Assembly (NCBI GenBank): GCA_016906335.1
Contig: JADEYG010000007.1
Span: forward strand, 1,860,001-1,924,000
Reading direction: 5' to 3'
Length of the DNA: 64,000 nucleotides
From: Novakomyces olei
Lineage: Eukaryota
A model generated the notes under the pieces. That model was not told where the DNA came from. It was given only the letters and a program-made list of their open reading frames with translations, and did no database searches. This document shows positions 1 to 11,660 of the stretch, piece by piece (within the stretch, counting starts at the first letter, position 1; each line of letters begins with the position of its first letter). The translations under genes and the position numbers were made by a program.

Positions 1-762
1 TCTATTGTACACTGCGTACGGAAAGGTTCCATTGACGGCATACGACGTCTGATTAGGGTATGCGCATACTCGGCTGTTGCGTATCGAAGGAGCTGAGTAG
101 GGAATTTTTCTTTGTGAATGAGGTTTTTCGTCTCCGAGGAAATGAAGTCCTAAACCCACATTTTCTGGAGGACATTGGTTTGCCGTTTCGCGGCCTTTGT
201 CTTCAGGAACGGCTGAGAAATGCTGGTTATAATTTATCGTCCATTCATGTGAAGGTGACAGGTTGTGCTGGCTTTCTGTGCCAGGGTTAGAGTATTGCTG
301 ATTGATATCATGAAATTGAAGGCAGGTATGAGCCGGAGAATGTGTGGTCTTTTCGCCAAACGCCTGTTTGTTGTAATTGTTACTGACAAATTCGGCAAAC
401 GAACGACTATCAGAAATGCGATTGTGTAGCCCTTCCGGTTTGAAGGCGTCTAATGAAGGAGAAACGTTTCCAGTTCCGTATTCTAGTGCCGAAGAATCGT
501 GAGTATGGCTGTCTGTATCGTTTGAAACTTGTTCGCTATAATAAGGATGTAATTTATAGTGAGTATTTGTATTAAAGAACCCTGAACATGACGGCTGTTC
601 TCGTTGCAGATGGATTCCTGAAGCGCAAGCGTAAGAGTCATCAGATTCGGGGTATCCCATGTGACCTGCAAATTCTAAATCACCAAGATATTTATCATGC
701 TCGTGCTCCGCCGCATATGAATAGCACGGGTATTGAAATGGTGACTGTCCTGGCGTTAACAT
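1..762 (-). CDS. Hypothetical protein, N-terminal part (runs off left edge; >=254 aa, S/H/N/P-rich)
   Basis: Minus-strand frame has no stop from 819 to base 1; first ATG at 762 (MLTPGQSPFQYPCYSY...GTFPYAVYNR). Absent from ORF track because the stop is outside the window. No domain recognised. Confidence 0.6.
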   Translation of the reverse strand, partial: MLTPGQSPFQYPCYSYAAEHEHDKYLGDLEFAGHMGYPESDDSYACASGIHLQREQPSCSGFFNTNTHYKLHPYYSEQVSNDTDSHTHDSSALEYGTGNVSPSLDAFKPEGLHNRISDSRSFAEFVSNNYNKQAFGEKTTHSPAHTCLQFHDINQQYSNPGTESQHNLSPSHEWTINYNQHFSAVPEDKGRETANQCPPENVGLGLHFLGDEKPHSQRKIPYSAPSIRNSRVCAYPNQTSYAVNGTFPYAVYNR

Positions 763-3583
763 TTGTTTAATTGAATGCCTGCGCGAGTTGACACAAAAGG
801 AACCAATTTTTAAAAGAAGTCAATCGCCCGCAAATATGTATTTGGCTGCAATTGCCGCTAAATATGAATTCGGGTTTGTTTGCCTCGTACTCCACGATAT
901 GAGACGTCTGTATCTACCGCGATGTGTTGAGGCTTTAGACCAGCGTATTCATGGCACGGACTGAGAGATATTTGCATACGGCGGATCCAATTGTTCGGAA
1001 TGGTGAAGGGCACAGAAGGGATGGATCGCAATTAAATATATCGTCTCGTCAAGCTATCTCTGTAGTATTGGAAAACATTTTAACATTGACCGATAAGTCA
1101 CTTGCGACACAATAGGAGTTCCGATTAGTAGATACCCCCATTTACGGAACGTATGAGAAATAGCTTGATGCACATCAGAGACATTTTATGACGCGGGCAT
1201 GACTCTCAAAAATCTCACTTTCCACCGGGTTTTCCTATTTGGGGCTATGTCTCAGACACTTTTGAGACATACATAAGCAATGTTGCTGATTTGGAGCAAC
1301 GGTGATTATGAACGGGTCCCGTTTGGGAGGATGGCTTTGCTACTCACATTTTTTAGGAAACGCTGTGTGCCCTTAATATCGCTTGAATATATTGCGCAGC
1401 TGTCTAACGGCAAGTAAATTGAGAATTGGGGCAATTTTGAGGGAGCTCAAGACTGCTTTTACAACTTGCTACGTATTTGGCAGCTTTGCTTTGACGTGGT
1501 GGCTTTTCCGTATTATTATGAAGTCTTTTTGTTCTGGCCTTTTCGAATTTATCTCTATTCTTCGTTAACAACCTAGATTTTCCCATGTGATAGATAGCCT
1601 TGTATCCCAGATAGCATCTACGCTAATTTAAGAACAATGTGCCCATAAATGCCGTAGATTTGTGGTGATAAGACGCTTGAGTTGTTTGACCACTTCTAGG
1701 CTCCCCGCCACATCAACAATGAAAGTGGCGTATTCTACGTTTTGGAACTCACGTTATCCCCCCCCATATCCTCAAAGGTTTATTCACACAATATATTTCT
1801 AACTTGAAAGCACGCCTTCTTGATAGATGAAGCGCACAGTCTTTTTTTAGCAGCGTGCGTGAAAGGGGTAAAAATAACAATAAATCTGTAATAGAAGTAC
1901 ATCTGTACATAAGTAAATAAGTACATCTTTAGAATTATCATGAGTGGCTGCATAAAAGTATCCAATAATAGCCTTTATACATTATCCAAAAGGGACATGC
2001 AGACTAGTGCTATGGAAAACTCATAACAGCACTAATAGGATAGAATCTTTAGATATAGTCTTGATCATAGCCATCTTGACATGTTCTCAATCTGGATATC
2101 GCCCAAACCGATAGAAAGTGACATCTGCCGTTTCAACGTGTGAAACTTGATCGCCATGACGGAGAGTGTGACGAGTAAGAAATATTATGGAAAATGATTT
2201 TTGCTATCTGCGTAATAAAAATTCCAATGTAAACGAACATATAATATAATACCCCTCAGTAATTGTCAAGTGCAGCTGGGTTGACCCACCCACGTCTCCA
2301 GCACTTGCTCATTTTTTGATAGCTAAGCAGTCACCAATGCCGAGGTCTTTTTGATGTAGCATGTTGGCATAATGATCCATTCTCCAGAGCTGGCATCATG
2401 CCAGTCACTTATCACGAACTTATTGAGATTTATCCAGCGGCACATTAGGTTTCACATGGACTTGAATCGTGCAAAATTGCCGAGACAGTATAACAATATG
2501 CGGAGCTATAATTTCCACTCCCATCGAGTTTCCAATGCATTTGTCGGCCATAATACGGGAAGATAGAAAAGAGCATTGAGTGTGCAAAGCCATATGATTC
2601 GCTATGAAAAGACAATTAGCCATCGTTTAGGCAGCCTATCATAGAGGATATGATAAACAGAGGATATGAAGCAATAGCGAACAATTGCACACGTTAAACA
2701 CACCCTTATATTGTAGGCATTATAGCCGGACCCAAAAAACTATCTACGACCGTTAGTATATGCCCTTGGGGACTATTTCGTCGCTACCGGGAATTCGGTA
2801 CAAGACAACGGTTTGTAACGCAATTTCACATAGGTCCTTAAACGACGGACATCGTCATATTACTTTGAAACATCTTGTCTAATGTTATAAGCGAGCTGGG
2901 GCCGAATAAAATCCAATGATTTTATCAGTATATAACAGCATTGTGATATATGACATTATTACCCGAGATGAAAGAATGTGTCTCAGCTTTTCGGAGATAT
3001 ACATGTGCATAACATTCAAGTGGGAACGGCAAATATGCGGCTACATTTGAGACAATTTAAATCAATAGACTTCGGCGGTTAAAATACCAATTACCGGTTG
3101 GATACATTACCGGAGCACAATTATAACAACCGCTTCTCCATAAAGCGCCGCGTATTATTTTAAACTATAATATACTAGCAAGTATGATCGCCAGCAGCGA
3201 AGATCGAAACTAAGAAAGCTAAATTAATACAGCCAAAATTAAATAATAAAAAGAATTGGCCAATGCGTCGTATCGTATACAATTCTAACCACAGTATATT
3301 ATGGACATGCAACAGAGAATAAGCAAGCTAACCACTAAAGACTGCATGAAGCTTTGAGAAAGCGCGTACTTTTCATATTGCAATAGTGTAAATCTGAAAA
3401 CTTTATACTCCCTTTTATACACAATTGAAGCTTAGCAATGTACCTTCTGTCCCCTCTCAACAAGCTGCCAGTCTCAAAGTTGGAATTAGCAGCATAGCGA
3501 ACGCACTTGATTGCCCTATAATTTTCAAAAATTTCTTTTCATATATATCCAGAATTCTGGCCTTCGCAGTAGGTCCTCGATAA

Positions 3584-5527
3584 ATGCTGCGAGGCGCAGC
3601 GTGCTTACGAGGCAAACCTTACCGACTGAATCAAGTGGTAAGCAACATAATACGGACTCCACAATTGCACAAAAGATGGCTGGGGCTCGCATACCGTCAA
3701 ATCATACGTCAAAAAATACCAGTAACACACCAACGACTTGTATGCGAGCGGCGAGCCAAATCAAGCGTTGCTCAAGCAGGAGGATACCGATGCAAAGAAA
3801 GATCTTCTCCCCATGAGAGAGATCGCCAACTGCTTTTTCGAAAACACAATATTGAGCAGTATCCGCTCATTGGCATACAGGAACCCAACATATTACGAGT
3901 GGACGATCCCAGACTAAAGCAATGGGGTACCTTGATTGGAAGCGGGCAAGTATTAGACGATAGGACGGTACCTACAACAGCAGATCCCCGAATCTCAGAG
4001 ACTTTTATTCTGCGTGGTCGGGTGCGGTCGATACGTCGGGCATCACGGAAATTGATCTTTTATGACATTATCGCCGAACAAGCACAATTTCAAGTAGTGG
4101 CCGACTTGGGCCGAAATAGGGATGAACAGATCCATTCCTCATCTTCAAAAGGTGCAGTGAATTCTGTAACGATTGAAGAAACGTTTTTTTTACGCACTAG
4201 ACTGCTCCGTGTGGGAGACATTGGCGAGTTCAAAGGCAAACTGGGAAAAACTGCTGCTGGCCAGCTTTCTCTCTTTGTTGAAAATGTACAAATTCGATTG
4301 CTCGCGCCTTGTCTTCATATATTACCAGAGCAACCGTTCACGGAACGACACAAGAAATTTGAGTTGAGGCACGTTGATCTGCTCATCGACAACCAAGGTC
4401 CAACAGCCATTAGGGCACGATACAAATTGCTCAAATGTTTACGTAGTCTATTTGACAAGCGGGGATTCATCGAGGTCGAGACACCTTTGCTAGCGCCTTC
4501 TCATGGTGGTGCTAATGCGGAGCCCTTTGTTACCAAATCAAGAGCCTTGGAGAAACATGTGGATGAAGGCCTTGTTCCAAAAAACAATACCAAAAACCCT
4601 AACATTGATCGTGGACGGTTGGAAATGCGCTGTGCTCCAGAGCTCTGGCTAAAGCGTCTAGTTGTTGGCGGGATGGAAAGAGTTTTTGAAATAGGCCGCG
4701 TTTTTCGTAATGAGGGCATTGATTCTACACACAACCCAGAGTTTACAACTATGGAGTTTTATCAGGCTTACGCTAACCTTGAGGATACAATGGACTTTAC
4801 GCAGCAAGTGCTGAATGCTGCATGCGAGGCAGTATTGGGCGATAGCAAATTCACAACGGTTTTTCAGGGAAAAGAAATTAACGTCTCTTTTAGTAAATCA
4901 TCCGTATTCCCTCGCATAGACTATATAGAGGCAATTGAAAAGGGCTTGGGCACAAGCCTTCCAGAGAAAATGCAAGAGGACGAACAGACACAGAAAGCGC
5001 TGCTTTGCGTATTGAACCGAGCGGATTATAGGCCACCGGCTGACGGCGATTGCGGACCGCTTGAAAACATGTCTGTATCAAGGCTTTTGGATACTCTGTC
5101 GAAGAGCTTTATTGAACCTTGTTGCGTGCAACCGACTTTTGTTATGAACCATCCTCATCTCATGTCACCCCTGAGCAAGGCCGCTACTGGCCGAAATGGG
5201 ACTAGTATCGCACGACGATTTGAGCTTTATGTGTTGGGCACAGAAGTTGTCAATGCCTATGAAGAACAAAATGATCCGGAGGCTCAGGCCAATAGTATGA
5301 ACTCGCAGGCTTCTGCTCGTGCGCTTTATGCAGACAAAGAGTCTCTACCTTTTGATCAATCTTTTGTCGACTGCCTGACATGGGGCCTTCCACCGACCTG
5401 TGGCTGGGGAATGGGGATAGACAGATTTCTTATGATGCTGCTTCAACAGCCAAACATCTCGGACGTTTTAGCCTTTGGCGATTTGCACCGAGTGCGAATG
5501 GCCTCTGAAAGCACAAGAAGGAATTGA
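3584..5527 (+). CDS. MSK1: Mitochondrial lysyl-tRNA synthetase (class II)
   Basis: 647-aa intronless ORF; Arg-rich presequence-like N-terminus, OB-fold region, GFIEVETP, GGANAEPF, APELWLKRLVVGG, motif 2 FRNEGIDSTHNPEFT, motif 3 GLPPTCGWGMGIDR. Confidence 0.93.
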   Translation: MLRGAACLRGKPYRLNQVVSNIIRTPQLHKRWLGLAYRQIIRQKIPVTHQRLVCERRAKSSVAQAGGYRCKERSSPHERDRQLLFRKHNIEQYPLIGIQEPNILRVDDPRLKQWGTLIGSGQVLDDRTVPTTADPRISETFILRGRVRSIRRASRKLIFYDIIAEQAQFQVVADLGRNRDEQIHSSSSKGAVNSVTIEETFFLRTRLLRVGDIGEFKGKLGKTAAGQLSLFVENVQIRLLAPCLHILPEQPFTERHKKFELRHVDLLIDNQGPTAIRARYKLLKCLRSLFDKRGFIEVETPLLAPSHGGANAEPFVTKSRALEKHVDEGLVPKNNTKNPNIDRGRLEMRCAPELWLKRLVVGGMERVFEIGRVFRNEGIDSTHNPEFTTMEFYQAYANLEDTMDFTQQVLNAACEAVLGDSKFTTVFQGKEINVSFSKSSVFPRIDYIEAIEKGLGTSLPEKMQEDEQTQKALLCVLNRADYRPPADGDCGPLENMSVSRLLDTLSKSFIEPCCVQPTFVMNHPHLMSPLSKAATGRNGTSIARRFELYVLGTEVVNAYEEQNDPEAQANSMNSQASARALYADKESLPFDQSFVDCLTWGLPPTCGWGMGIDRFLMMLLQQPNISDVLAFGDLHRVRMASESTRRN

Positions 5528-5653
5528 TAAGCAGATTTGTTTGAATTATAAAGACATTATACATGCTCGTCGCCGTATACAAATTTGCATAGATATTTAT
5601 ATGTATATAATACACAATCCATTACCATAATTTTTACAAAAAACCCGTTTCCT

Positions 5654-6557
5654 CTACGACCGAGACTCTGGCTGTTTTCCCTTTGCAATCGCCTGCCCTG
5701 CCTCTTCATTTCTTTCTGAAACTGTAGTGATAAAACTCCGTCCACTACGTGTCCGAGAATGGTGCCTCTCTTGATCATACCGTTGAAGTGCTCGCTGATA
5801 GCTTTGATTCGAATTTCGTCGAATAGAATCCGGAACTGATGACATAGCCGGCTGCATGTATGAAGTGATTTTTTGCTGCTGCAATAAAGGAGCATGCTCA
5901 CCAGCCGTGGCCGCTGCTGCTTCAAGGTCTCTTCTTGCCCGAAATTTAATTTTTGTATTATCAGTACCATCATCGGAGTGGCCTGTGATTTCGTCGTCTT
6001 CATCGTCCACATTAATATCATCATCGTCGTCGTCGTCGTCGTCGTCGTTTTCATTTGAAAAGGATCTTATGTACTTTGCAATTAAGAGCACAAACAACGT
6101 CCCGAGCGAAATAGCCAGTACAGAGCCGAAAAGACCGCCCATTGTCATGAAAAAGGACATCGCGGATACTTGATTTGTCAGTAAGCGTATGAACTCAACA
6201 GAGCCAAACATATATAGATAGTGTAATAGAAAAATTGGTCACAATACCCTGGCAGCCTGGACCTTTAGTCCGCAGCTCCCATCTTTCATGGATTCCTCCC
6301 ACGAATCCATTAGTGGAACAAACAGACGAGTTAAAAGCCGGCTCCCATATACCACGAGGCGCATACACACAAGCTTCGCTCTGTCAAAATTTAGACTAGA
6401 AACTGCATACAACAACGTACTAGAGGACAATAAGCGCAACCAGGCAAGTCGATACACTCCTGGCACGTTGCTCGCGAGAGCAAATGGCAACGATCTTTTG
6501 TTTTGTTAATCACTTTCAACGTCTAGTGTTATTCTTACAATATGACGAGTCTTTCAT
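5654..6557 (-). CDS. PSI-domain-like Cys-rich single-pass membrane protein (4 exons, 246 aa)
   Basis: Exons 6557-6539, 6494-6421, 6380-6248, 6168-5654 with GT-AG introns join in frame: MKDSSYYRCHLLSRATCQECIDLPGCAYCPLSEACV...ERWELRTKGPGCQVSAMSFF, then a TM helix, Asp tract and EHAPLL. Confidence 0.78.
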
Positions 6558-7111
6558 GGCTGGTCAAGGGAGCTAAAATTGCCACAAATTTGCCTTGGAA
6601 GTCAAAAGCAAAGACAATTCAATGATCCAAACAAGAATTGAGCTTGTCAAAGCATAAACTGCTCTTCCCCGTGAGCCTTTGCTGCGCGATTGTGTCACTG
6701 CTCCGAATACGTATATATATTTAATTGCACATCCATGTCCACTGATAATAAATTATACATGATGCGATTATTATGCATCGCCGTATACGAGTAGATAACT
6801 CTCTATAGCTAGGCTATAAGTTTGTTTACCTATGTACATTTAGCAGACTGCGAAAAGCCCGCAATACATAAACACCGCTTTTCTAATATATAGCGATCTC
6901 ATATAGCGTAAACAATGTACTGACTGCCCTTTTACCCAAAGCCAGCCAACTCTACTATTTATTGCCGTAAAAATTTTCTAGTCTGACGGATAATAATTAA
7001 AGGTAAACCTTATACAAATCCTGTAGAACTATATACAATAATCTAGTACAAGTAACCCGTTCCAGAGCACGCGAGAGTGAGTGAAGAAACCGCTGCAAAG
7101 GGGGTATATAA

Positions 7112-10015
7112 TTATTGCATCGACGAAGATGCCTTTCGAGATCCGTTTTCGCTACTCGCGGTAATGAAAAATCCAGCATCATCATCGTCCTCATCGTCGT
7201 CATCACCATTCGGTTCCGGCTCCTTATCATAATCGCCATTGTCATTATTATCATTATTATCATTATCATGTTCACCATTATTATGGTCTTTGCCCTTGCG
7301 ATCATCATTAATGTCATTATTTAAATCATAAATGTATCCCTTGCTGACACCTTTACCGCCCTCATCCAGAGTAGCCAGAGCAGACATGTCTCGATTACGA
7401 ACTGCATGCTCGGAAACGCTAGAGCCGGCATCGACAGGTCGGGCATCGGTATCGACATCGCCTACGAGTCCACTTCCTTCATAATCATTGCTTTTGCTTT
7501 TAGTTGTGCCTAATTGCTGCCCGTATTCGTGTGCAGTGTAATCAGTATACGCGTCTGGATCAGAAGCAAAAAAGTGCGTCTTTGCTGCATCGGCAACCTG
7601 CTGCTGAGCGAGTCGTAGATCTTCACTATCTGAAAAGGAAGAAGCTTCACTCGAAGAAGAATTCAAATTGTAAGGAGACATTTCCTCCAAAAGACTACCA
7701 CTGCCACCGCTGTATATATGGCAATCAAGGTTCGATAGGGCCCTGGACCTTTGGATCGGTCGTCTTGGAGAGTAATCAATCGATTCCTGAGAGTGAGAGA
7801 GCTTAGATCCAAAGCTTGAATTTAATAAATTTTGGCCCCAAGACCCAGATCCAGATCCAGCTGGTGTGTTGCGCGCCTCCTGTTTTAATTGCTGCTTCTC
7901 GTGCTTCCGTAGATTCTGACGAGTCTCATCGTCCAAAGTATCAAGGGATGTCGAGTCAAAATTGCGATTATTATTGTTTCGAGGCCATTCAGTCGGCCTT
8001 CTAAACACCATCTGTCTGTCTTGGCTGCTGACGGACGACAATTCGCTCGTGGTCTTTGACACATTATGCATTGTAAACAGGTTGCCGCTTGCTTTATTGG
8101 CTTTTGTGTTTTTTGAGTCCATTTGTTCTTCCTCCTCTTCCTCCTCTTCTTTGTTTCTGGAATGTGCATCTTCCTCATTGTCACCTCCCTCGTCGTCACC
8201 ATCATGATTTTCGTCCTTTTCATGACTATCCGCCTGTGTCTTTCCCAAGGTTGTTTTACCAGCCTTACGTTCTACTGGCTGTCTAGTCCCGCTAGACTTG
8301 CTGCTGGAAACAAGAGCCTTGTCAGCTGACGCAGCCCGAGTTCTTCCGTCAATTAGACTGCTTCCTCGGGAAAGACCGGAAGTGAAACGGTAAACTCTTG
8401 AGCCCAATCGTCGGAAATTCCGTTTGAGCCGGTCTACAATCGACACGGCTTGGCGTACGTCATCGGAGGACACTTCAACAGTGCCATACACACTCGGGTC
8501 TGTTCCCTCAATCCAGGCTTCAGGATCATCCAGATCTTGGAGCGTCCACGGATGCCTCTTCACTTGAGGCAAAGTTATACGTGTTTCCGGGTCCTTGTCC
8601 AGCAAGCGACGCAGTAAATCACGACATGAATCATCGACTCCTTCACGCTCGGGAATAACAAGCTCGTCTTTGCAAATGTGTCGAAATAGATCAAACTCTG
8701 TATCACCAGTAAAAGGCACACGGCCAAAAAGAAGGCAGTAAAGAGTCACTCCCATTGCCCAGATATCAATAGCCTTTGTAATCCTGGGCATTGGCTTATC
8801 AAAATCAGTTGAACATAATTCAGGGGCGAAAAATGCTGGAGTCCCTGCAGTCTTGGCCAACTCCAAGTCTGAAGTTGTTGATGATTCATTTTCGCCATTC
8901 ACATCATCATCATCACGCATTTTGCTAGCATCGTGAGAGATGTACGATACTCCAAAGTCCGATATTTTGACCGAATGGTTCTTTGTCCATAATAAATTGG
9001 CGGGCTTAATGTCCCTGTGAATGATTCCTTGGTAATGCAGGTATTCGATACCCAGAACAAGATCTCGGAAAGAAGATCTTGCCTGGTTTACGCTTAAAAC
9101 TGGTTGACCGTTTTTGGTCTGCCATATAATCTCACCGCCCACCATATATTCAAGCACGAGGCAAATCTTATTACTCCGCGGATCGTCCATCACTTCACGG
9201 AGTCTTACCACGTGAGGGTGCACGCATTTCTTCAAGATTGCTACTTCTCTCCGTATCTGTTCTTCCTGACTATTCGCAGTATTAGCAGCTCGACCGAGTC
9301 GCCGTCTGCCTGTGCGCGGTATTATTTTGATAGCAACATATTCGTTGTTAACAACGTCTCTTGCCAATTTGACTTTCCCGTGAACACCTCTCCCCAACTC
9401 GTGAATTATTTCATAGCGATTTATATACTTGCGACCGGATTTTGCGTCCACGTGCTTGTTCATAACATGCGTCTCCTTCACGTCGCCCCAGTTTTGTACT
9501 TCCTTCCATTCTGATTCTGAATAATTGGACTCGTCAAAACTTGGACCTGGTGTCTTGCTGTTACTACTAGTCCCACTGCCCATCCTCCGTAGGTGCAGCC
9601 TTTTGAGCTTGGGAATAGCACTGCTCGACGTTGAGCCATTGGCGCTTCGAGGTATTAGCTGTGATGACGATGGCTGTTGCTCTATCTTTGCAGAGACCGT
9701 GCTAAACGTCGCTGGTCCCAGCATGTCATCATCCCGTTTTCTGAGCAGACCCAAAGTCACGGAAGACCGCCTAGTCATGGCCTCTATAGGCCGAGCCCCG
9801 ACGATCCCATTTCCAGAGTATGTATTTAGAGCGGAAGATGGTGCTGATATCGGTGTAGCCGTGTCCCGACTTAAATCGCTGTTTGAAGGCTGGCCCTGTT
9901 GTAGCGGCGAGGCTGGCCTTTGCAGCAAGATTGAAGAGCCATCAGAGGTGGTAGATGAACGACATGACGCAGTACTGGAGCTTAAAGCCGGCGGGGGCAG
10001 TTTCGGCTCCGTCAT
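7112..10015 (-). CDS. ssp1: CaMKK-family Ser/Thr kinase (Ssp1/Sak1/Tos3-like AMPK-activating kinase)
   Basis: 967-aa ORF; KETH..K.IN.Y preamble, LGRGVHGKVK, VAIK, HRDIKPANLL, DFG, LAKTAGTPAFFAPE; long acidic C-terminal tail. Confidence 0.9.
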   Translation of the reverse strand: MTEPKLPPPALSSSTASCRSSTTSDGSSILLQRPASPLQQGQPSNSDLSRDTATPISAPSSALNTYSGNGIVGARPIEAMTRRSSVTLGLLRKRDDDMLGPATFSTVSAKIEQQPSSSQLIPRSANGSTSSSAIPKLKRLHLRRMGSGTSSNSKTPGPSFDESNYSESEWKEVQNWGDVKETHVMNKHVDAKSGRKYINRYEIIHELGRGVHGKVKLARDVVNNEYVAIKIIPRTGRRRLGRAANTANSQEEQIRREVAILKKCVHPHVVRLREVMDDPRSNKICLVLEYMVGGEIIWQTKNGQPVLSVNQARSSFRDLVLGIEYLHYQGIIHRDIKPANLLWTKNHSVKISDFGVSYISHDASKMRDDDDVNGENESSTTSDLELAKTAGTPAFFAPELCSTDFDKPMPRITKAIDIWAMGVTLYCLLFGRVPFTGDTEFDLFRHICKDELVIPEREGVDDSCRDLLRRLLDKDPETRITLPQVKRHPWTLQDLDDPEAWIEGTDPSVYGTVEVSSDDVRQAVSIVDRLKRNFRRLGSRVYRFTSGLSRGSSLIDGRTRAASADKALVSSSKSSGTRQPVERKAGKTTLGKTQADSHEKDENHDGDDEGGDNEEDAHSRNKEEEEEEEEQMDSKNTKANKASGNLFTMHNVSKTTSELSSVSSQDRQMVFRRPTEWPRNNNNRNFDSTSLDTLDDETRQNLRKHEKQQLKQEARNTPAGSGSGSWGQNLLNSSFGSKLSHSQESIDYSPRRPIQRSRALSNLDCHIYSGGSGSLLEEMSPYNLNSSSSEASSFSDSEDLRLAQQQVADAAKTHFFASDPDAYTDYTAHEYGQQLGTTKSKSNDYEGSGLVGDVDTDARPVDAGSSVSEHAVRNRDMSALATLDEGGKGVSKGYIYDLNNDINDDRKGKDHNNGEHDNDNNDNNDNGDYDKEPEPNGDDDDEDDDDAGFFITASSENGSRKASSSMQ

Positions 10016-11660
10016 GTGATTGTATGGAGGAGAAAAAGAAGGCGAGTATTTAAACTAAAACTAGTCAAAGGGCTCCTCCGTACGAAATGTAAGGAAAATT
10101 ATACCGGTTCTGCGCGGCAAACAACCCCACGCACGACCGACGCTAAAACAAAACAAGAAAGAAATCAAAAAAGAATCAACAGTAAAGGTATAAGCTTGGG
10201 AATTGCGAGGCTTTTAAAGCCAGAGATTTGGTCAGTCAATTATGCCGCGAGAGCAAAAGAGACTCTACGCAGATAAGCGCAAAAATTGCGCCTTTAACGC
10301 GAGAATGCCCCAATCTATTGAACGTTCCCCTTGTCTCTGCAGATTTGTAATGTTTTGTTTTCTGTTTTGCATGATATAATATACTAAATCATAAGCCAAC
10401 AAGTATTTATTATATTATCAATAATAACTACATTAAATAATTCACTATCTATACGATTAATTATTAAATTACATCCTTCGCTATTACCGCAGCAAGCTTT
10501 GTCGTTATTATGCCCATTTCGAGCCAGGAGGAAGGGAAATGCAAGCAAAATAAATCCTCACATTGGCTAAAGAGAGCGATTTTTTTCTCCACCAATGTCC
10601 AACGGTCAAGTAATTGAGTCGGGGAAAAACAAGCTGGCATGATTCTCAAGAGGATGTTTTCATTGACGGAGCTGATACGCGTACGTAATTTTATTTCCTA
10701 CTTTGTGCGCACATCTCTAATGTTTATTAGACGATACAGCTTTCAAAATACAAATTAGGATACTGCCGTTACAACTCCATATACTATTTAGTATAATTCG
10801 GTCCAATCTAGTACTAAACTCGTATTTCATTATGCAGGCGCAATTGTGCCGTACGTGGGGCATACTTGAATGCGGACGACAAATGCTGGACATAGCTTTT
10901 GCAATATTAATAATGACGCTAGAAAGTTGAGAATGTACAATAACTTAGCCTTACATGTAGACTATATGGGCAAAAACGAAAAATCGGGATTGTCCGGGCA
11001 CCATATTTTTGTGATTAATATAAAGTTAAATTAAAATTTAAAATTTATGATTGACTCCTACATACTGATGCACTTGATACGCACCAACTTATCCCCGGCT
11101 ATTTGCTTGCTTGAATCTCTTCTGCACGATCCTCAGACTCGGGACCACGTGGCGTAAATTGTCAAATATTCACGTGACGCTGTATTAAAAGCCCGACCAA
11201 TGTTGAGTAATTAGATATGCTATAGATAAAAGTAATTTAATACGCGCCATACCATTGTGGCGCTAAACAAGTGGGAGCGATGCGGTGTCATGGGCGGCAC
11301 GTGAACTCTGCACAATGTGATACTTGTCGTTCGTTTATCAGTAGATAAGGGCTTATGTATTGTTGCGTTGTCACACTTGTGCATGAGCATGTGTTATCTA
11401 TTGAGAAAGTAGAGATTACTTGGTTGAATTTGTTATTAAAAAAGGAGAAGCGCTTTTCATTGTATTCTGCTTAGAAATTGCACTATTTGGAAATCTGTAT
11501 ATTATACTATTTAACCTTGTTAACACTGTCTATACATACAATAATAGATGCCTGTGGCCAAGTTAGATTGTACAGCATTTTCCAGCGGTCTTACCGAGCT
11601 AACTCTACCTCTAACAATGTCTCGACCAGGACCTGGTAGGCCAGATCGGCTTCACTTCGT

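Noticed and set aside
2156..2448. Possible two-intron 54-aa ORF on the + strand
   Set aside because: The second donor (GTCTTT) is poor, branch points are unclear and the product is unrecognisable.
6239..6490. 83-aa minus-strand ORF as a separate gene
   Set aside because: It is an alternative frame over exons 2-3 of the spliced PSI-domain gene.
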